Below are positions 24,143 through 28,208 of a stretch of 28,208 nt of DNA, one piece after another. Source of the stretch: Eledone cirrhosa (taxonomy: Eukaryota); NCBI GenBank assembly GCA_964016885.1, contig CAXHJY010000496.1, positions 1 through 28,208 of the forward strand, written 5' to 3'. The translations under genes and the position numbers were made by a program. How positions within the stretch are numbered: position 1 is the first letter of the stretch; every line of letters starts with the position of its first letter. The notes below the pieces were generated by a model. That model searched no databases, was not told the DNA's origin, and saw only the letters and a program-made list of their open reading frames with translations.

Positions 24143-24744
24143 TACCTGTATGCTCTGGAGTAGCTTGCTCCTCTCCCACCTGCATCAACTATGAAACATT
24201 CATTAGAAAAACATCAAATGAGAACACCTGCACAGTTCAAGGACATGGCGTTTCTTGTTAAAATAAACAATAAATTAAAAGAAAGAGATTGAAAAACAGA
24301 TAGAAACCTTTAAGAAGATATAATTTACATAATATGAACGAATACAAAACATTATATGACATTGCTGAAATATTAATTAAAATGATTCATAAATAGATTT
24401 AAGGAGATAATATATATAATATGAATATATATATATAAAAAAATGTCAAAGCAACAGATATCGTGTATTGAGAAATTCAATCTACCATATTGAATATTTC
24501 TATTGGGTGTGCTGCATCTCTGGTTCATTTTATTATCTGACAATATGTGTAATATTACACTTATATGCTATAGAATTCTTGACCTCAGAAGTCAGTCCAA
24601 ACGACTTCGCACAGCAGATGCTTAACAAACATTCTTACTCACAAAAATCAGGTCTTACGCTTGAAAAGTTCGCCAGTGTTACATAGATTATGTTACGACC
24701 GATGTACGTCTCGCAATTGTATAAAATATTTTGTATTTCAGGTA

Positions 24745-24862
24745 CAGCACCAGCAAAATATTTTCCAAGGGAAGAGATATGTCGATTAAATCAACCCCAG
24801 TGCGTTATTGGTACTTTATTTCATCGACCACTTAAGGATGAAAGGCAAAGCTAACCTTGGTG
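24745..24862 (-). mobile_element. SINE (main family), 5'-truncated
   Basis: Central block present. Confidence 0.8.
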
Positions 24863-24889
24863 AGAAGACACTCGGTATGAAATGGAAAC

Positions 24890-24953
24890 AAAATAATGTT
24901 TCTACTTTAAGCACAAGGCCTGCAATTTGAAGGGGAGGGGAAAGTCGATCGAC
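24890..24953 (-). mobile_element. SINE (main family) 3' fragment
   Basis: GTTTCTACTTTAAGCACAAGGCCTGCAATTTGAAGGGGAGGGGAAAGTCGAT. Confidence 0.7.
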
Positions 24954-24984
24954 TGTCAATACACACACACACACACACATATAT

Positions 24985-25300
24985 TTATTAAAATAACAGA
25001 TTAAAGTTTAAGCAAAGAATCGCTGCTTTCACCCTTAACGGGATCTTCAGAAGATCCCGTTAAGGGTGAAAGCAGCGATTCTTTGCCAATAAGAAACACA
25101 CGCACCAGTTGCTTTCACTTCAACTTATTTTAATAAATTTATAAATTTAGGAATTTATAAATTTCCGGTTGGTTGGTTCCACAACCAGATGGTTGTTTAT
25201 ATATTGTCAAAGTTCTTTCGTCACACATTCTGTGACCTCTTCAGTGACTGGGGATTCTTTTCTTTGTTTTTGTGCCTCTCCTTTGTTCTGTCCTACGCCA
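24985..25300 (+). mobile_element. Fold-back element (family D) with perfect 37-bp palindrome
   Basis: Arms at 25012-25048 and 25050-25086 with a 1-nt spacer. The minus strand across the centre reads CTGAAGA-TCCC-GTTAA-GGGT-GAAAG. The downstream region is homologous to 15652-15835. Confidence 0.8.
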
Positions 25301-25478
25301 TCTTGTTTCTCTTGAGAAACAAGAGCTTATTTTGCGGGTGATATGGCGCATGTCTTTCTGGCATGACACCCATAATTTTGATTATCTTAATTTTGAATAT
25401 AGATATATAAATACGGCTCCTTAATTGTAGAGCTAACTCTGTTGAAAGGATTTGACTGCTGTTTCTAGTTGTCGATAA

Positions 25479-25645
25479 CCCAACTCTTACACGGGAGGAC
25501 GCCGTCCGTGCAATTTTTGCTCGGAGGAAACTTTACAAATGCTGTTTTCGACGGACCAACTCCTAAACAAGAAAGACAAACTGGTAACTGCATGCAAACA
25601 CAGATTGCCTAGGACTTACCTCGCCCTCAAACCCCATAATGACCC
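25479..25645 (+). mobile_element. Penelope-like element ORF C-terminal remnant (end of GIY-YIG endonuclease region)
   Basis: Manual translation PNSYTGGRRPCNFCSEETLQMLFSTDQLLNKKDKLVTACKHRLPRTYL matches, from memory, the PLE C-terminal pattern Y-x5-C-x-LC-xx-EK...LLNKRxEL-xxx-C-R/K-H. No start codon, and it is absent from the ORF track. Confidence 0.72.
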
Positions 25646-25678
25646 GGGGGGTGGGGGGTGGGGGTGGGGGGTGGGGGG
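25646..25678 (+). repeat. (G5-6T)n tract, G-quadruplex-capable
   Basis: Five G-runs separated by single T residues. Confidence 0.8.
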
Positions 25679-26079
25679 TTAGACAAGGGCTGTAACACCC
25701 CATTTGCCGACTTTGTAATGGGTAACCCCTGCTTGCAAAGGTAGACGTAAGATCTTCTTTTATATCATTTTATCGTTTCCTCTATATTTCCTTCTTCCCC
25801 CATCCCTTCCTAGTCCTTCCAACCCAGTCCAGTCCTCCTTCTTTGTCGTCGTCCTTTTCACTTTCTCGCCCACCCGAGGCAGCCCCTCGGTCCTTTGTAG
25901 CCTCAGTACCCCCACCCCCTATTCTATGATAGAATTGGCCGACTCCGCTTTTTATAGCAGATGTGATAGACCCCATATACTTGCTGTCTTATCCAATGAC
26001 TGCCCCATTTCCGTGCTTTCTACATTTCTTAGTGGTATCTCTGCTTTAATTTCTCGTATATCAGTATTTATTGGGGGGG

Positions 26080-26332
26080 GGGGGATTCTGAATTAATTTT
26101 CCGCATCAAATTTTTCATATACCTCGTACGAGCATTTATGTAGTTTGCACTAGAATTATGTATCGTAACGGCACCCTTAGAGATAGTATTAGTATTCATT
26201 TTCGGGATTCTGAATTATTATTTCGTATTGGTTTATTTTTTGCACTGGGTGATTGCTAACCTTGTGCCTAGAGTAGAAACAATTATTTCGTATTAGTTTC
26301 GGGACTCTGAATTATTATTTCGTGGTAGTTTC
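26080..26332. repeat. Dispersed direct repeat GGGA(T/C)TCTGAATTATTATTTCGT x3 with an embedded SINE tail
   Basis: Copies near 26082, 26204 and 26301. A SINE 3' piece TGCACTGGGTGATTGCTAACCTTGTGCC lies at 26241-26287. Confidence 0.7.
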
Positions 26333-26775
26333 TTTAGTATTTTGGCCCCCCACCCCCACTTGTTGACCTGTCACCGTAAGATATACTCGGTTGATTACTA
26401 CTAACTCTTAAAATGGTCTCATTACAATTCCGTCCCACCTAGTAAACTTTTCTATAGTTTAGCAGTTCCAGTGAGAGACTTGATGGCTGTCGTTAGGGAA
26501 TAGTAACCAGAAATTGTTTTTCTATATTTTTAACATTCTTGGTATTCTTCTATATATTTACTCCATATCCCCCCTCCCTAGTATACTTGCTTGACCTCCT
26601 GCCCTTCTGTAGTTGGTACTATAAACGCACGACTAGGTTTCCTCCACTCCCTCTCTCTTCTACTGGCAGGTTCAGCTACCTCTTCCTTCCACAAATTGCC
26701 ATGATAGAATTATGTGTCTCAACAACAAACTTTTGACCAATCCTTGTGACAATCACTTTTACCATATATAGAATT

Positions 26776-26863
26776 ACCCCCTGAGAAGCTCGGCTATTCA
26801 TATACCAGGATAAAAATGTTCATTTAGTCCAGAACTAGCCGTCGGGGTCCTACTCGTTCCTAT
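26776..26863 (+). mobile_element. Family A-related copy retaining the hammerhead 5' half
   Basis: ACCCC-CTGAGAA-GCTCGGCTATTC...GTCCAGAACTAGCCGTC-GGGGTCCTACTCGTTCCTA then (TA)n. The GAAAC segment between the two AGCCGTC repeats is missing. Confidence 0.7.
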
Positions 26864-26867
26864 ATAC

Positions 26868-26910
<43 letters not shown>

Positions 26911-27442
26911 GTTCCATACACCAACATAATTATAAGAAGGTTAGTTATATTACTAAATTTCGCTCCACAAAATTTCCTGATCTGATTATAGGTAGCGTCG
27001 TTCATTAGGAATGGTAACGAAAGGTTCACCAGAAATTGTAGAGTTAATGTTTTTATATCGCCATAAGCATATTTCGTCACCATGTAAATAATTTTTAGAG
27101 CTTCTAAAACGTAGATAGCTTTCAATTCTTGATGTCTTGTTTAATGGGACATTTGATAACTGCTTCCTGCTTCGAGATAAAAGCTTATACAACCTACAAA
27201 CCTTCTAACAGGCAATGATATAGATGTCTTCATCCCTAGAACAATTTATTATTTCTGTGTGGTGCCTGCGTGTGTGAGCGTGCGTACGTGTATTGAAGGG
27301 AGAGAGAGATGTGAACATATATATAAATATATATACATATATATGAAAATAGGGAGAAAAAGACGATTATTAGGAAGAAAAATATATTTTTTTCCTTTTA
27401 TATATCAAGTAAAGTAACGGAGTAAATAATGAAAACACTCCA

Positions 27443-27496
<54 letters not shown>

Positions 27497-27510
27497 ATAT
27501 ATATATATAT

Positions 27511-27706
27511 AACGAAGGCAATGTGGTAAGGAACCAGGTGGACCATAACGCACCAAAGTACTCAATACTTAGGGTAGTAGAGTGGGTAATAGGAACGAGT
27601 AGGACCCCGAAGGCTGAGCTCAAGCCGTTTCGACGGCTAATTCTGGACTCAGAATTAGCCGTCGAAACGGCTTGAGCTCAGCCTTCGGGGTCTTACTTGT
27701 TCCTAT
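27511..27706 (-). mobile_element. Fold-back family A (A1), full copy
   Basis: Nearly identical to 7351-7554, with a shorter apex (TTCTGGACTCAGAA). (TA)n on both sides. Confidence 0.92.
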
Positions 27707-28208
27707 ATATATATATATATATAATGCTTTCACATGAGAGGTTCTTCGTATAAATTATAACAACCTCTGAGCCACACAACCCAGTGACAGAGACGTAGAA
27801 GATTGCTAGACTTGCTAGAAATAGCAGTCTATTCTCCCACAAATCACACTTTAACATTTTATAAAAGAAAACATTGGATAATGTTATTCAGAGTTCACTG
27901 TACATTAGAAAATGGAAAAATAAAAATCTTAGCTACGAGGTTCTCTTCCAAGCCACGGTGAAGATCTTTGCAAACGGCATTGCCTTTTTTCAGAACTTCT
28001 TAAGAACGCAAAACCACATGTGGGGTGAGAGAGGAGTGAATTTTCCACGATAGGTCTGGCTCTATGACAGCCTGGGGTTAGTCAAGATGAAAAAGAACTA
28101 AACTTTTGTATGGTGAGCAAATAAAGTCGTCCCACGTGCTGGCCTCCCCACAGCCTCAGCGGACAGAATGGAGAAGGCGTTTCCCCGAGGATGGTTGTTG
28201 TTCACTGT

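Noticed and set aside
24468-24686. 72-aa ORF or possible terminal exon
   Set aside because: Non-ATG start, no recognisable domain and no supporting gene structure.
26850-27192. Minus-strand ORFs with an LEALKI motif reminiscent of GIY-YIG nucleases
   Set aside because: The similarity is too short, no other family motifs are present, and there is an in-frame stop just upstream.

Overview
AT-rich, microsatellite-saturated eukaryotic DNA with no intact protein-coding gene. Nearly all supplied ORFs are translations of simple repeats. The SINE and microsatellite make-up looks like a cephalopod (octopus-type) intron or intergenic region, which is inference only. Recognisable content: two decayed RTE-clade LINE 3' fragments, one Penelope-like (PLE) endonuclease C-terminal remnant, many tRNA-derived SINEs of at least two families, and many micro/minisatellites. 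The main signal is a set of short elements mostly embedded in (TA)n tracts, from several unrelated sequence families. Many are fold-back palindromes centred on a type I hammerhead ribozyme motif (CUGANGA or UUGAAAA ... GAAAC ... GUH), followed by a unique 3' tail with a shared TGAGTAC-like motif 35-50 nt from the end. One family has ten copies whose arms co-vary. A separate copy preserves the missing 5' half of its ribozyme, suggesting the ribozyme stem acts as a snap-back primer during insertion. Hammerheads and inverted 5' ends are established features of PLEs. The fixed ribozyme-centred fold-back and the cross-family tail motif are my reading of the sequence and are untested. All alignments were done by eye.
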